Shown piece after piece: positions 12,405-26,100 of a DNA stretch of 64,000 nt. Under the pieces are notes generated by a model. The model did not search any database. It was not told where the DNA came from and was given only the letters and a program-made list of their open reading frames with translations. Each line of letters opens with the position of its first letter. Positions within the stretch are counted from its first letter, which is position 1. This stretch comes from Eledone cirrhosa (taxonomy: Eukaryota): the NCBI GenBank assembly GCA_964016885.1, contig OZ024743.1:157418001-157482000 (forward strand), given 5' to 3'. The position numbers were made by a program, and so were the translations under genes.

Positions 12405-15400
12405 CTTTTCTTTTCCTCGGTCACTTATTTCTGAGAGGGTCGCGGAGGCAGAGTCCTCAGACACTCCCTCCAACGGGTCCTGTTAGAAGCAACCCTCTCC
12501 AACTGATCAGGCTATATCCCCAAGAGTGATCAGCCAAGCTCATGGATTTTATCCAACCATCTTCCTCTGGGTGTACTCCTGGGTCTCCTACCTGTTTGTT
12601 TCGCCCGTAAAAGTTTTTCCGGCGATTCTTTCGTGATACATTCTAGCCACATTCCCATAATATCAGATATGCGACCTCTCAATTTAGCGGCTCTTCAAAT
12701 TGGAGTGACTCTCTGATCTCCGAGCTACGTACTTTATCGAGTAACGTTACTACAAAGACGCTACGGGGAAACCCCATTACGGCCGTTTATATTCGCGATA
12801 GTATTCTTTAGGTCATTACCCAAGATTCATGACCATTAGTAATGGTTGGCAGAAAAATCAAATTGAATACAGTGGGTTTGGCTTTTACACCTACCCCCTT
12901 TTTCTGATTACTGTATACTGTAGCTGGCGCATTACTGCACCAGCGTTTGCAATTCTTGCACTTAATTCAGCCTCCTACATTCAATCTCTCGTGAATACGG
13001 TTCTGAGGTTCTTAAACCTCTTCACCTGCTTCAGTTAAACTCCATTCACATGTAGTGTGCACTGCGCTGTCTTCCTTGAGATGACGAGTGTCTCAATTTT
13101 TCCAACAGTGATTTTCATTCCAACCTGGCAGCACTCGGCATCAAAGCTATCAAGTGCTAATGGAAGATCATCATATGTCGAGTTGAGCATTGCCATGTCG
13201 TCTGCAAATTCCAGCCGACTGATTTTACACCCGCCAATCGTGATCCCACTTCCAGCCCGGCTGCACATGTCAATCCTGTTCATGTAAATAATGAACAGGA
13301 GTGGTGACAGTACGCATTTTTGGCGGAGTCCGACTCCCATGTTGAATGGTTTCGATTTAGAATCATTTATCCGAACACACATACACGGGTATTCGTATAG
13401 AGACATCAGGGCAGTAAGGAGCTGCCTTATACAGCAGGTCCCGAGGAACCTGGTCATATGCCTTCTGAAGTTCGACAAAACAAAAATATAATTCTTGGCA
13501 ATACTCCCACGATTTCTCGAATACCTGCCGCAGTATGAATACTTGGTCGGCTGCGCTGCGTCCGGGGCGAAAATCACACTGTTCCTCAGCTAGTTTGGAC
13601 TCGACAATCTTCCTGCATCTCTTTGCGAGACACTTAGCGTAGACATTACCAAGCAGACTTAACAAGGATTTCCTTCTGTAACTAGAACAATTTCTCTTGT
13701 CTCACTTTTTGAAAATTGGGATTATCACTCCCGATTGCCATTGCAAGGTGCCCTTCCAGTGATCCAGGCCACCCGGTACACCCGATTCAGCCAGAGAATA
13801 CCTTCTCTAGTTAAGGCTTTTAACATATCGGGCCAGATTTCATTTTCCCAGTGGCTTTGCCGCATTTGATCTCTTCGACTGCTCTTGCGACCTTAAGCTC
13901 TGAGAGATTAGTCACCGGTCAAAGATGCAACTCGTGTGCATCCAAAGATGTTGCCGTGATCAGGTTTTGGAGATTAGTAAAGTATTCTCCCCGCCTTTCG
14001 AGTATCCACCTCTCCGAAGTGGGGAGACCCAGAGACGCGTTCTTTATAGCAGTTGTGGGGGTGGGTTTCTTATTACGAAGTCCGCAGATGGTCTGCCAGA
14101 ACACTTTATTTGCTGATCTAAAGTCATATTCCAGCTTAACACTAAAGTCCTTCCATGTCTCAACTTTGGATGTTTTTACTGTCTCTGTTGCCATTTTTCG
14201 TGTCTGCTTGTACCGCAAGTTCAAGTAGGAGGACTTATTTCCAATCCAAGATTTGTGAGCCTCGTTCTTTGCTCGGAAGGCATCTTTTACTTCTCCATTG
14301 AACCTAGAAGCCACCCTGCCATTCAGCGCCACAACAAGCCTCTTTTGCCCGCACCATTTAACAGCTGAAACAGAAATTGCTGAGCTGAACAATCTCCTCT
14401 TTGTCTCAACGTCCTCCGTTTGCCCAGGGAGTTCTCTGAATGTGGATGCAATAGTATTTGCATACCTGGTCTTGACTTCTTTATCCACCAATGCTTCCGA
14501 CTTTATCTTGTAGGTCGCTCTGGAGCTGCCAGTTTTGTGAGATTCATTGGCTTTAAGTATTCTCAAGCTGTAGCCAACTAGATGGTGATCAGTTGACTGC
14601 TCCGCCCCTCTCTTACTACGTTCATGCAGCACAGAATCAAAGAGATCAGAGACTATTACAAGTTAAATTATAGATTTCTGTCCCCCATACCATGTATATT
14701 TATGAATATCTCTGTGATGGAAGAAGGTGTTCATAATACAGAGTCCACTGCTAGAACAGAAATCCAGCAAGGCCTCTCCATTTGTATTTAAACCGGGTTC
14801 GCTATTCTTTCCAATCACTCCTTTTCATGTCAGGTAGTCAGTGCCAAAATGTGCATTTAAGTCTCCCATCAAGATATATGACTCAGTCTTAACTATATCT
14901 AACACTGCAGTGACTTCATCAAGAAAGGACCTGTATTATGACTCCTTGTTTGGTGCATAAACTTGCACCATCTTTCAGCAGAAGGTTCAATTGGCAAATA
15001 CTCTCTTCTAACGGGATCCAATCCATATCACATTCTGACAGTCGAGGCCTTGTGAGTATCCCCACTCCCGCATGTGCAATTATTTCTGGCGCAACATCTG
15101 AATAGTGAATTTTCTATCCACCCTCCAAATCTACAATATCAGAATCACGGAACTTTGTTGAGGAAACCCTAACTATATCTAGCCGATACCATCTAGTTTC
15201 CTCCACCAGTTCCTGCTCCTTACCTGTAAGTGTTGTGATATTCCAGGTTCCATCTGTCAAGGTTTGCTTCATCCTCGACCCTCTTTCGAGTCTCGGGACA
15301 CGCAAGCTTTGTACGTCCATGCCACGCCTCCCAGGACAGGTCGCAGTCCCATCCCCAATTTTTGCGGCAAGAAATAGAGACTGTTTTCTTTTTAACATGC

Positions 15401-15500
15401 ACCTCTATGTAAAGCCTGGGCACTTCCCTTGTTAACCTGCTCGAAGGACGAGTAGTTTATCGTTGTCGGGTTGCTTATTCAACCGACAGCTGTACTCTTA
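12405..15500 (-). mobile_element. RTE-clade LINE (Rex3/Expander-like), near full-length, degenerate
   Basis: APE start TWNITTLTGKEQELVEE..YRLDIV; STDHHLV; RT EEQCDFRPGRS, KAYD, GLRQKCVLSPLLF, FADD; C-terminal LPPRP ending at a stop at 12425-12427. Confidence 0.85.
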
Positions 15501-15889
15501 TCGCAACTAACCATTATTTGTGTTGGCCGAATCGTTATACAGCACCTGCGATCCGTTCTCTAGCAGAACAGCTCTACCTAGAAAATACTGCACTTTGTAT
15601 ACTGCAATATGTTTTACAAATTACAAATTTTATGACAGCTGCCTCAAACACAGCTTTGATAAGTTCACTGACCTGTAACTAAAAGCAATAAACATCCATA
15701 AACGATGAAACTACTCTCAACATAGTCAACATAGTTCATAGAAATGTCCACAAAATACATTCTAAAAATAAATTAACCAATCCAAAACAAAAACAATCAG
15801 CATTTCCTCGAAAGTAAGATTAAGCAATTTTTATAAGCTTAAAACGCTTTCAATTTGCAGTTGTGAACACCCAGTCAAAACGTTTACCA

Positions 15890-16077
15890 CGCGTAACTGC
15901 GCTCATCGATAGAGCGTCGGACAACATACTTGGCAGCAAAGAGTTACGGCCCTTTATTGTTTGAGTTCAAATCCCGCTGAGGTTTACTTTGCCTTTCATC
16001 CTTACGGGGTCGATAAAATAAAGTACCAAACATCCACTGGGATAATTGCTGGTCTTGTGCCAAAAGTAGAAACAATT
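15890..16077 (+). mobile_element. SINE family 1, diverged, with TTA tail
   Basis: B box GAGTTCAAATCC, ggggtcgataaaataaagtacc core, and the 3' end cttgtgccaaaagtagaaacaattatt. Confidence 0.8.
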
Positions 16078-16091
16078 ATTATTATTATTAT

Positions 16092-16300
16092 GGGGGTGGA
16101 TTGGGAGTATTGGTACAGAGTCAGACACCATGCTTTGCAGCACAGAGTTACGGTCCTTTACGGTCTGAGTTCAAATCCCGCCGAGGTTAACTTTGTATTG
16201 CATCATTACGGGGTCGATAAATAAAGCACCAGTAACGTACTGGGGTGGACTTAATCGACTTTCCCCTCCCCCAAATGTCTTTGTGCCTATGCTAGAAATC
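16092..16300 (+). mobile_element. SINE family 1 variant sitting in the TTA tail of the previous SINE
   Basis: Same head and core; ends tttgtgcctatgctagaaatc followed by (ATT)n. Confidence 0.82.
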
Positions 16301-16316
16301 ATTATTATTATTATTG

Positions 16317-18794
16317 TTCTTTGAGTCTCAGTCATTGATGTTAGTTAACTGGAAAGTTTGTTGAAATGAATAGCAAGCCAGTACTTGCAGCCTCAGATAT
16401 TCAGGACGTATCGGAGGGTTCTTGCTGTTCCCAGCAAGCATGCCTTTTGAAGCGTTCCAAAAAGCGTGGCGGGGCCAATTTTCTTTAACCATCCCTGGAA
16501 ACTTTTTGAGATAGTACCTAGTGCGCCTATGACAATCGGGACCACTTTGACCTCATGGCAGTTCCAAATCCTTTTTACCTCCCAATTTAAATCCTGGTAT
16601 CGGTTAATATTCTCCCTCTCCTTCTCTTGCACTCTCGTGTCGAATGGGCAGGCCACATCGACAATCAGGCACAATCTGTTTTCCTTGTCCAAAAACACCA
16701 GGTCAGGTCTATTGTGTTCCAGTTTCTTGTCCGTCTGTAACCTAAAATCCCATAGCACCTTCACCTGATCGTTTTCTATCACCGACTCTGGCTTATGCTC
16801 ATACCACTTCTCAGAATGTGGTAAATTGTTTACTTTGCATAGGTGCCAGTGGATAACCCTGCCCATCACATCATGTCTCCAGCCTTTATAGTGAGTCTGG
16901 GCTAGGTGTTTACACTCGGATACAATGTGAGCCACAGTCTCCTCTCTTTCTCCACATATCCTGCACAGTGGGCTAGCCTCCTCCTTGTAAATATGGTGTT
17001 TTAGCCACTTCATTTTGAGGGCCTGCTCTTGTGCAGCCATTAACATTCCTTCTGTAGCCTTTTTAAGGTCTCCTCTTTTCAACCAGTTCCATGTCTGTGG
17101 ATCTCTGAAATCCGTTTTCTCAAAGAAGGTACTATGAAGGGATTTTTCATGAAGTTTGCTCTTTCTCCTCGTTGTTATTTCCTCCTTGGACATCCCTTGG
17201 ACATCAGTACAATTTCTGAGCATTGGCTCCTTACTATCGGTCACGTATTTGTGTAGGTTGTTTTTCTCCATCTGAACACAGTCCTCTATGCTGATAAGAC
17301 CTCTTCCACCTTCAGATCTCCTTAAGTAGAGTCTAGCGATATCACTCCTCTTGTGGAACATGTTGTAGATAGTCAATAGCTTCCTAGTCTTCCTATCCAT
17401 TTCTTTTTGTTCAGCAACATTCCATCTCAGAATCCCCGTACTGTACCTAATAATAGACACAGCTCGGGAATTTACTGCACTTATGGCATTCCTAATGTTC
17501 AGATGTGACTTTAATACGCTCCTTACTCTCCGAATGTATTTTAGATCTTATCAATTCCTTCCTTTTTTTGTTCTTGATTTCATCAGCCTCGAGAATACCC
17601 AAATACTTGTGTCCTTCTTCAGTGTCAATTTCCTTTATCATCTCACCTGTTGGTGCCTGGATTCCGTTGCCTCTGCTCAATTTACCCTTCTTCATCACAA
17701 GTACTCCACACTTACTAATACCAAATTGCATACATATATCATTGCTGAAAATACGGAGAGTGTCAACAAACACATCCAACTCCTTCTCATTTTTCCCGAA
17801 GAGCTTAAGATCGTCCATGAAGAAGAGGTGATTGATAGTAAGCTCTCCCTTTCCCAACCTGTATCCTGCTCTCATTTTTCGTAGTATAATGGTCAGGGGC
17901 ATCAGAGCAAGGACAAACAACAGAGGGGACAGACTATCTCCCTGGAAGATACCTCTCTTGATCGTGACGCCTCCCAAGGATTCTCCAGCGGATGTTAACT
18001 TTGTTTTCAAGGAGTTCATACTTTTGCTCAACAACTGTCTGATGTTATCTGCCACCTTGAAGATCTCTAGGCTTTTGGTGATCCAAGAATGAGGCACCAT
18101 GTCAAATGCCTTTTTGTAGTCTATCCATCCCATGGCAAGACCAGTGTGTCTCCTCTTGCAAATTCCTCATTACCATCTTATCAATAAGTAACTGGTCCTT
18201 TGTACCACAGGACTTCTTTCGGCATCCTTTCTGTTCGTCCGGTAACAAGTTGTTTGTGTGGTGGTGATGGTAGATTTCCTCAGACACAATGCTTGTCAAC
18301 AGTTTCCACATTACGGACAGATATGTCTTAGGTCTATAGTTGGTAACATCATTACGCTTGATTCGGTCTTTCATTATCAGAACTGTGGTACCACTCTGAT
18401 ATCTCACCTGACATCAAGCAGTCATTGAACATGGCTGTCAGTTTCGGGTGGAGGGATCTTACTTTGTAATCCAATACCCCTGCACACCATCTGGGCCTGG
18501 TGATTTCCAGTTGGTTAGTTTTTTGGCCTGCCCCTTGAGAGTTTCAACTGTGATACTCAAATCAGCTTGTTGGTGTGCCTGTTCACTAATCTCCTTTTGT
18601 ACTGTCTCAATCCACACTGCCTGGTCATTATGTTTAACATCCTGCTCCCATATTCCTCTCCAGAATGTCTTAGTTTGTTCCGCCTCAGAGATCAAGTCGT
18701 TGCCTATTTCTTTCCCTTCAAGCTGTCCAAACAACATCTTCTGGTTGTTGTCAAACATTCGGTTCTGTCTATACTGACTGACTCTGCTCCCGTA
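16317..18794 (-). mobile_element. R4/Dong family A copy, 5'-truncated and frameshifted
   Basis: RT (KSPGPDG, YRP, WIDYKKAFD, GIFQGDSLSP, FMDD), CRICGEREETVAHIVSEC, RHD, RPD..D...P, RYQDL; TAA repeats on both sides. Confidence 0.92.
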
Positions 18795-18807
18795 TTATTA
18801 TTATTAT

Positions 18808-21800
18808 TTGCATTTATCTTGCTTTATGTTTATACGAGTTATCACCAAGTCACAACCAGTGACCTCAAGAGACAACAAGGTCCGCCATGTTCAAGAAAGA
18901 ACACACATATTCACACATGCATCCTTAGTGTTTAGACTTGTGATGTACTTATATTGACAGGATCTTTCTTAGTATATGGGCAGTTCCCATTAGTACTATC
19001 TTTTGTATTTCTCCTATACGCGGGTTTCCTGGGATTTGCGATAAGTAGTCGTTAGACCCCTTAGGTATCATTCCCAGAGCGCCTACAACCACTGGTATTG
19101 TTTTAGTTCTCAATTTCCACATTTTTCCAATTTCTATCTCCAGGTCCTTATACTTGCTCAATTTTTCAAATGTTTTTATAGATACATTCTTGTCTATTGG
19201 AACAGACATATCAATTAGCAGGCATACCCTCCTTTGAAAGTCCTTCAATATTATATCAGGTCTATTTGCATCTATTTTTCGGTCTGTTTGGATGCTAAAG
19301 TTCCACAAGATTGAGATGTGATCTTTTTCAAGTATGGGAGGTGGTTGATGCTCCCACCAATTCTTTTGATGGGGCAGGTCAAAATGCTTACACATTATCC
19401 AATGTATGTATTGTGCAGCTCTGTCATGCCTGTTTAGGTATTCGGTTGGAGTTATAGGACTGCACATTGAAATTATATGGTCAATGGTCTCTGGTTGTTT
19501 TTTGCATACACGGCATAATGGGCTGCACCCATTTTTTATTATGTTGGCTTGGTAATTTTTTGTTGGCAGACACTGATCTTGTGCGGATATAATCAGTCCT
19601 TCAGTCTCCGATTTCAGTCCAGCGGATGCCAACCACTGATGGGTTAAAGTTTTGTCAACATCAGGATTGTTAGCTCGCTCTGGGTATTTTCCATACAGAG
19701 GCTTTTCTTGCCATTTCTTAGCCAGTTTCTGTAGCAGTTCTTTCTTTGCAGTTACTTTTACCTGCTTTGCTTTTTCTGTGTTTTCCATTTCAGCAGTAAA
19801 TGGGACTTCTGAAATTTGTAGTCCATTACTGTATCTTTGTGCATCTTTTGTAATGGAATATGATCTTTTGGTGCTTTCGTGTTTCAAAACGAGTTTGATC
19901 ATCCAATCATGTGATTCCCTTAGATATGTGGATAATCCAATTGTTGCAGTTTTCAACGCAATGTCTAACTGGATTAACCCACGTCCTCCTTCTTTCCTAG
20001 GGAGATATATTCTATCTATGTCTGCCTTAGGGTGATGCATTCTGTGCATGGTTAAGAATCTTCGGATTTTTGTATCGAGCCTACGGATTTCTGTGCTTGA
20101 CCAGTTGATGACATTGTAACTGTAGGTTACTACTGGTATGGCAAGCGTGTTTATGGCATCGATCCTATTCCTTGCATTCAATTCCGTTCTTAAGATTGCT
20201 CTGACTCTGCGGTAACATTCCTTCCTTATCCTTTCCCTCATTGTCGAGTGCTTGATTCCGTCTCCTTCACAAACACCAAGATATTTGTAAGTTTGTTCTT
20301 GATCAAGCACTCTTATCACGTTCCCCCGATCAAGATTAATGTCTGAACTCTTCAGCAGCTTTCCTCTGGTGAACGTTGCTTTGGCGCATTTATCCAGTCC
20401 AAACTCCATGTTAATGTCATCACTGAACTGCTTCACAGTGGATAATAGCCCTTGCAATTGTTCATCATTTTTTGCAAATAGTTTCAGGTCATCCATGTAG
20501 AACAGGTGATTAATGGTTTTGTCATAGACTCTATATCCATGTTTTGTTTCATTGAGCATTTTACTTAATGGTATAAGTGCGATGCAGAATAAAAGCGGTG
20601 ATAAAGAGTCACCCTGAAAAATTCCACAATTAATGTTAACTTCTCCAGCTTCCAGTGATTTTGTTTCACTATTCAAAAGGAGTGTCGTTCTCCATGTCCT
20701 CATACTGAATGACAAAAACCTCCTGACAACGGGGGATATTTTGAAAATCTCTAAACATTTTTCAATCCAACTGTGTGGCAAACTATCAAATGCTTTTTTA
20801 TAATCTATCCAAGCAATCGATAGATTTTTGTGTCTATTATGACAATCTTCCAGTATCATTTTGTTAACCAGAAGCTGATCCTTACAGCCATATGAGCCTC
20901 GTTTACACCCTTTCTGCTCAATGGGAAATAGGTCACTTGTTATCAGGTGGTCATATGTGTATTCAGTTAGGACTGATGTTAAAATTTTATACATTGTGGT
21001 CAAGCAGGTTATCGGTCTGTAATTTTGGGGATTGTTTGTCTCATCATTCTTCGGTAGCAGGAATGTAATGCCGTTAACTAGCCATGATGGTATCTTTTCT
21101 GGCTCCTTAACTATTTCATTGTAAAGTTGGGCTAACAGCTCATGAGACTCTGTGAAGGCATTTATCCAAAAGTTTTGTATTTTGTCTTTTCCTGGGGATT
21201 TCCATTTGCTGGTTTTTCTTAGAGCCAAGCGCAGCTGTTCAACTGTTATATTTTCCCATGTTTGTTCTTCAAGGTGAGCTGTTTCTTTCATTTGTCTGTC
21301 TATCCATGGGGCATGTATGTTATGAACTTTTTCTTCGGCCCAGATCTTTTCCCAGAATTCTTGCACTTCCTCCTTGGGTGGTATTGATTTAGCAGTTATT
21401 GTTGACTTACCAATTTTTCTGTAGAAGTTTCTTTGGTTGATTTTGAACATATTATTGTCCTTATAGAATCTAGATCGTTTTTCAAAGCGCCTTATACGAG
21501 CAGCTTTGGCCGACACTTTTTGCTTGATTGTTTCTATCAGCATGTCTATGTCACATGTTGATCTTATACTGTACTTTTTTTTCAATTTTCTAAGTTTAGT
21601 TTGTTTAACATGTTCACCTACTTTATAGTTTGTTAAAATGTCTATGTCAGATCGGAGAAGGTTTATTTGGCGATTGATGTTATCTTGCCAAGTAGATTTC
21701 TTGTGGGAATTCCTTTGTTTTTTCATCTTCACTCCACATAAGTGAGTGGTGACTTTAGCCGATGCATAATAGAGATGATTTAAGTCAGTAATGTTTAGTT

Positions 21801-23105
21801 TGTTTGTGATGATAATGTTTTTGAGAATTATGTTAGTCTTGTGTATTATCTTTTGGTTCTGTTTGGAGCTCTGGATCTTAGGGAGGGTGTCTTGTTCCCC
21901 ATGTCAGATTCTTTCATTTTCATCCATTCGATCATAATTTCATCCTTCAAGTTGGCAAGTTCATTCTCATTCATTTCTTTATCATTTACGATCTCATTAT
22001 TTTCATTTGGAGTTTCATCCTGAGCATGCACTCCCTCCACTTTTTCGCTCCTTTCTTTAATTTGTTCTGTTGCCAGTGATTCCGCCCCAACTCTGGGATT
22101 CGAAGTGTTACAGTTTACCTCGTTTTCACTGACACATGCTTCATTTTCCCTTCGCTGACTTTGTGCTAATAGCTTGATCTGATCAATTTCTATATCAGTT
22201 AGTAACTTTTTTCTTACAATATTTCTTCGTATATTGGCTAGTTTGTTACTGTCAATATAGCCTCTGTTTTCGGGATGTTTCTTTTTCCAGTTGATAAATG
22301 TTTGCTCTGTATTCGATGTATTTGATGGGTAGTACATGGCAGTGTAGAAAGCCTCAAGGACTTCTTTATTATCTTCCCTTGACCATTTTACTCTCTTTTT
22401 CTTTGGATTTCTTGGTGGTGAGCATGGAGGGCCAACAGTAGGAGTATTCCGTTTATGGGAGGTCTCCAGCTCCGAAGTGATGGGAAGGTTTGAACCATTA
22501 GCTGATTTTTCGACCCCAGTCTGGTTCCTCTCTGAGGGACGCGGCCCTTTTTTACCCGGGTGACGGCCGATCCGGTATGAGATTTCATCATTAGACATCT
22601 ACTTTATTTTGTCGCGTTTTATCCTTATCCGCCAAGGGGTAATCTTTTCGTGTTACCACTTCTAGAACGAGTGTCAACCAAGACTAGAGGGGTCGTTCTC
22701 CCCTAGAGACATGGCTATTCCCCGCCGGCCGCCATCCCGGTATTTCTTGGTCACGGGGTTTTCTTTTTGTTGTTTTTTTTTAAATTGTTGTTATCATGAG
22801 TGGTTCCTTAATGTGAGCATTGCGTGGCTTAAGAATGAAATTATTAATAATTGTCTCCACTCCAGGCACAAGGCCAGCAATCACCCAGTGCATTACAATA
22901 ATATAATATACTTTTTGTTGTAGTTGGCTGTTATTGCTGCCGGCTATGTCGGTGGTGGTGCCGGGGCTTTTTATATTGTTGGTGAGGAAGGGGTGAGCCA
23001 GCAGTCCCATAATTGTTGATGTAGACGTTTGTCCGTGGCAAGGTCACCAAGTCAATCTATTTATATCTTTTGCTAGCCTCTCTCTTGTCTAGTGCTACCA
23101 CCACC

Positions 23106-23107
<2 letters not shown>
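18808..23107 (-). mobile_element. R4/Dong family B copy 1, truncated within the 5' leader
   Basis: ORFs 21846-22598 and 18949-21732 are joined by a 1-bp deletion near 21896 relative to copy 2; TAA repeats on both sides. Confidence 0.93.
18949..22598 (-). pseudogene. Dong B polyprotein (RT, CCHC zinc knuckle, PD-D restriction-like endonuclease), one apparent frameshift
   Basis: KSPGKD, YRPITCL, WIDYKKAFD, GIFQGDSLSP, YMDD, CRVCKKQPETIDHIISMC, RHD, RPDI..D, KLSKYKDL. Confidence 0.92.
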
Positions 23108-23153
<46 letters not shown>

Positions 23154-23182
23154 GTTATTATTATTTTATTATTATTATTATT
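23108..23182. repeat. (TTA)n tract between Dong B and Tx1 5' ends (head to head)
   Basis: Directly visible. Confidence 0.95.
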
Positions 23183-26100
23183 GGCGACCTACGTAGTAAA
23201 TCGTATTATCGTGAGCTCCGCAAAGGTTTGTTATTTTCAGTTGTTTAAAATTGCCATTATTGGAAAGTTTTTATTGTTAACTGTATATAACTGCACATAC
23301 ATTGTTTTCTGAAAAGGACACTCAAAAAGATTGGGGCCTTGAGCCCAAAATTTAAACTTTTATAATTATCAAACAAAGAAAAAAACGTTTCTTTGATAAA
23401 TCATGGCCGACTCACAGCTGAACCCAGTAGCTGAAAGCCTTCCTCACAAACTAACACCTCACACCGACACAACCATTGTAAATATTACTACGTTTGCCAA
23501 AACTAAAAATATAAGCAGTAGCAATATTTAAAATTTGTCTCAGGCAGACTTTCATTTCCCGCCATTACCAATGACTGCAGGTGTTGAAGCCACAGCGACA
23601 ACAGAAACAAAAGAAACAAAAGAAAAAAAATTATCTCGTGATATTGAAACGAATTCAGCCAAAATGAATTCTTCCAAACCGAACACCACTGACGCTACAA
23701 CCACCACAACTGAAACTAAAATTAACAATAACAAAAATAACGATAACAACAACCGCAACAATGAAATTAAGAAAACAACCCTGTCTTTTGCCAGAGTAGC
23801 AAAAAAGTACGAAGTATTCCAGGTAACTCAGGAGGAATTAGAAGAAGCCAAAAATAATGGTAAAGAAAGATGGGTATAGGGTCAGTCCCCCCACACACAC
23901 GCACTTAATCAAATGGAGAATCGGCGCCTATGCACCGTGTCTTATCGGACGATTAACATAAAATTGCGCCGAGTGGAACGGGCATCCGAGTCCCAAATCC
24001 AAAAAGCTATGGGACATGTGTTGCAAAAAAAAACACATATCAGACGTGGGCAGAAATATGGAACCGTGGACGTGTTCTTTGAAACACCACAGGAAGCCAG
24101 AGAACACTCCATGGGCCCATTAAGGAGTGACGACTTCACACAGGTCCCTAGCTATTGTGGCCAGAGACTCGTGAAGATCAGGGTGACCCACGTTCTACCG
24201 GCCATCGAAATTCCCTGGCTAATGGCTGCCGTCTACGCCGGCATCGAAAACAACACGAAAATAATCGAAATAGCGAAAGAAAAGCAGGAGACTGGTCCGG
24301 ATCTGGGATGGAGCTCCTGATCTAAGCGGACCAAAAAAGCATTGAGGAGATCTCAAAGGTAATAGACCTCACTGACGGCAGCCCCCTCACCCTAATCGTC
24401 GAGGGCAGAAGGCCTAGGTGTGTCGTTTGTGGTGAAGGAACCCACCTAAGGGATTTCTGCCCTCAGGCTAAAAGGTTGAGGCCACCAACTTACGCACACC
24501 AATGACTCAACCATCAACACACTAGCAGCAGAAATGGCAGCAACAACTGTAGCAGCAACAACAGAAGCAACTGTAACAGCAACAACCCCAGCAACAGTAG
24601 CAAAACCAACACCACCACCACCCAACGCGCCAGAACTAGCACAGCGCCTACACCATCCACCACGCCACAACCAAAACCAACGCCCGTGGAGGATTTTCCA
24701 CTCCCCGACCTATCGCAACTGGAGACAGATTGTGACGACGAGGAGTGGGAAACGGTATCAGAAATAAAGAAAAATAGAAAAGAAACCACAAATGAAAAAA
24801 CTCCTTCCTTCCGCCCTCCAAAAACAAAATACAGAGTGAAACAAATAAACTATCAAACAAAAATGTTAGGACAGCTATGCCAACATCCACACCAGCATCA
24901 CCAACCCCATCACCAAAAACACCAACACCATCACCATCATTAACCCCAACACGACCATCACCAACAACACAAAAGTCACCAAAAAGCGAAACAGAAACAA
25001 ACCCACAACAAACGCAAACAAAACAAAACAACCAACACGATACACACTACACAGCAATAAATTTGAACAACAACAAATTATTACACTACATCCAACACAA
25101 CACCATCATCACAGAAAAAGACTACACAACAACCCAAAAGTTCACACCCCTCCACACATACAAATCACTCGCATCACACAGAAAACGTACACGACACTAA
25201 AAAACAATTCCCCAAAGACATCGGGGACTTCAGACAATCACTCTCCAGGAGGATTTATAAGGACATCCTTCCGGAGGATTCCAGAAGCAGTGAAAAGAAT
25301 GGAGAAACCATCCTTCCTCTACGAGAAGTAAGGTAAGTGGTCTTTGCCATCTTGTCCACTCCATTTCCACATGACCTCACTCAGAATAGGCAGCATAAAT
25401 GCGCGTGGCTTGGGGACGTCATGGAAGAAGGGACACCAGCTCCACGACCTCAGGACACTAAGCATAGATGCAGTGGCGATCAACGAGACCAGAATCTCCG
25501 AAGCACGGGCCTTCGCACCGATCTTCGGCGGCTACGTCCTGGATCGGGGGGATGAATAGCTGTGCTTTTTTAGAGGTTTGGATCTCGCCATACGGGCCAT
25601 CTTCCTGGACCCAGAAGGTAAGTTGGTGGTGCTGGAGGGGTCCAGCGGAGACGGGCAAGCTTTCAGGTTAGTGGCCGTCTATGCGCCGACAGGAGCAGGG
25701 CGGACTGATTTCTTCCGGCGTCTGGAGACATTTCTTGGAACGTCCCGCTCTTTAGTGTTAGTGGGCGACTGGAACCGGATATTAGATGCACGCTGGGATT
25801 GTGTGGGATTAGCGGATAGGGTGGAGGGTGCAAGAGCCTCACCAACCTGCTCAGGCGTTTTGAACTGTCTGACAGGTACCGATTGGATTTCCCGAATGTG
25901 CCAATGTGGACTTGGACAAATCGCATAGGGTCATCCAGATCATATCTAGATAGAGTATTTGGTAGAGAAATAGATAGGTCTAGCATAGGCTGTCCACAAT
26001 TCAAGATAGTCAGCTACACCGACCACAAATTCGTGATCAGTGTGCTTGACTTAGGTAGGCTTCATAGACGAGGACCCGGCTACTGGAAGCTAAACGCGTC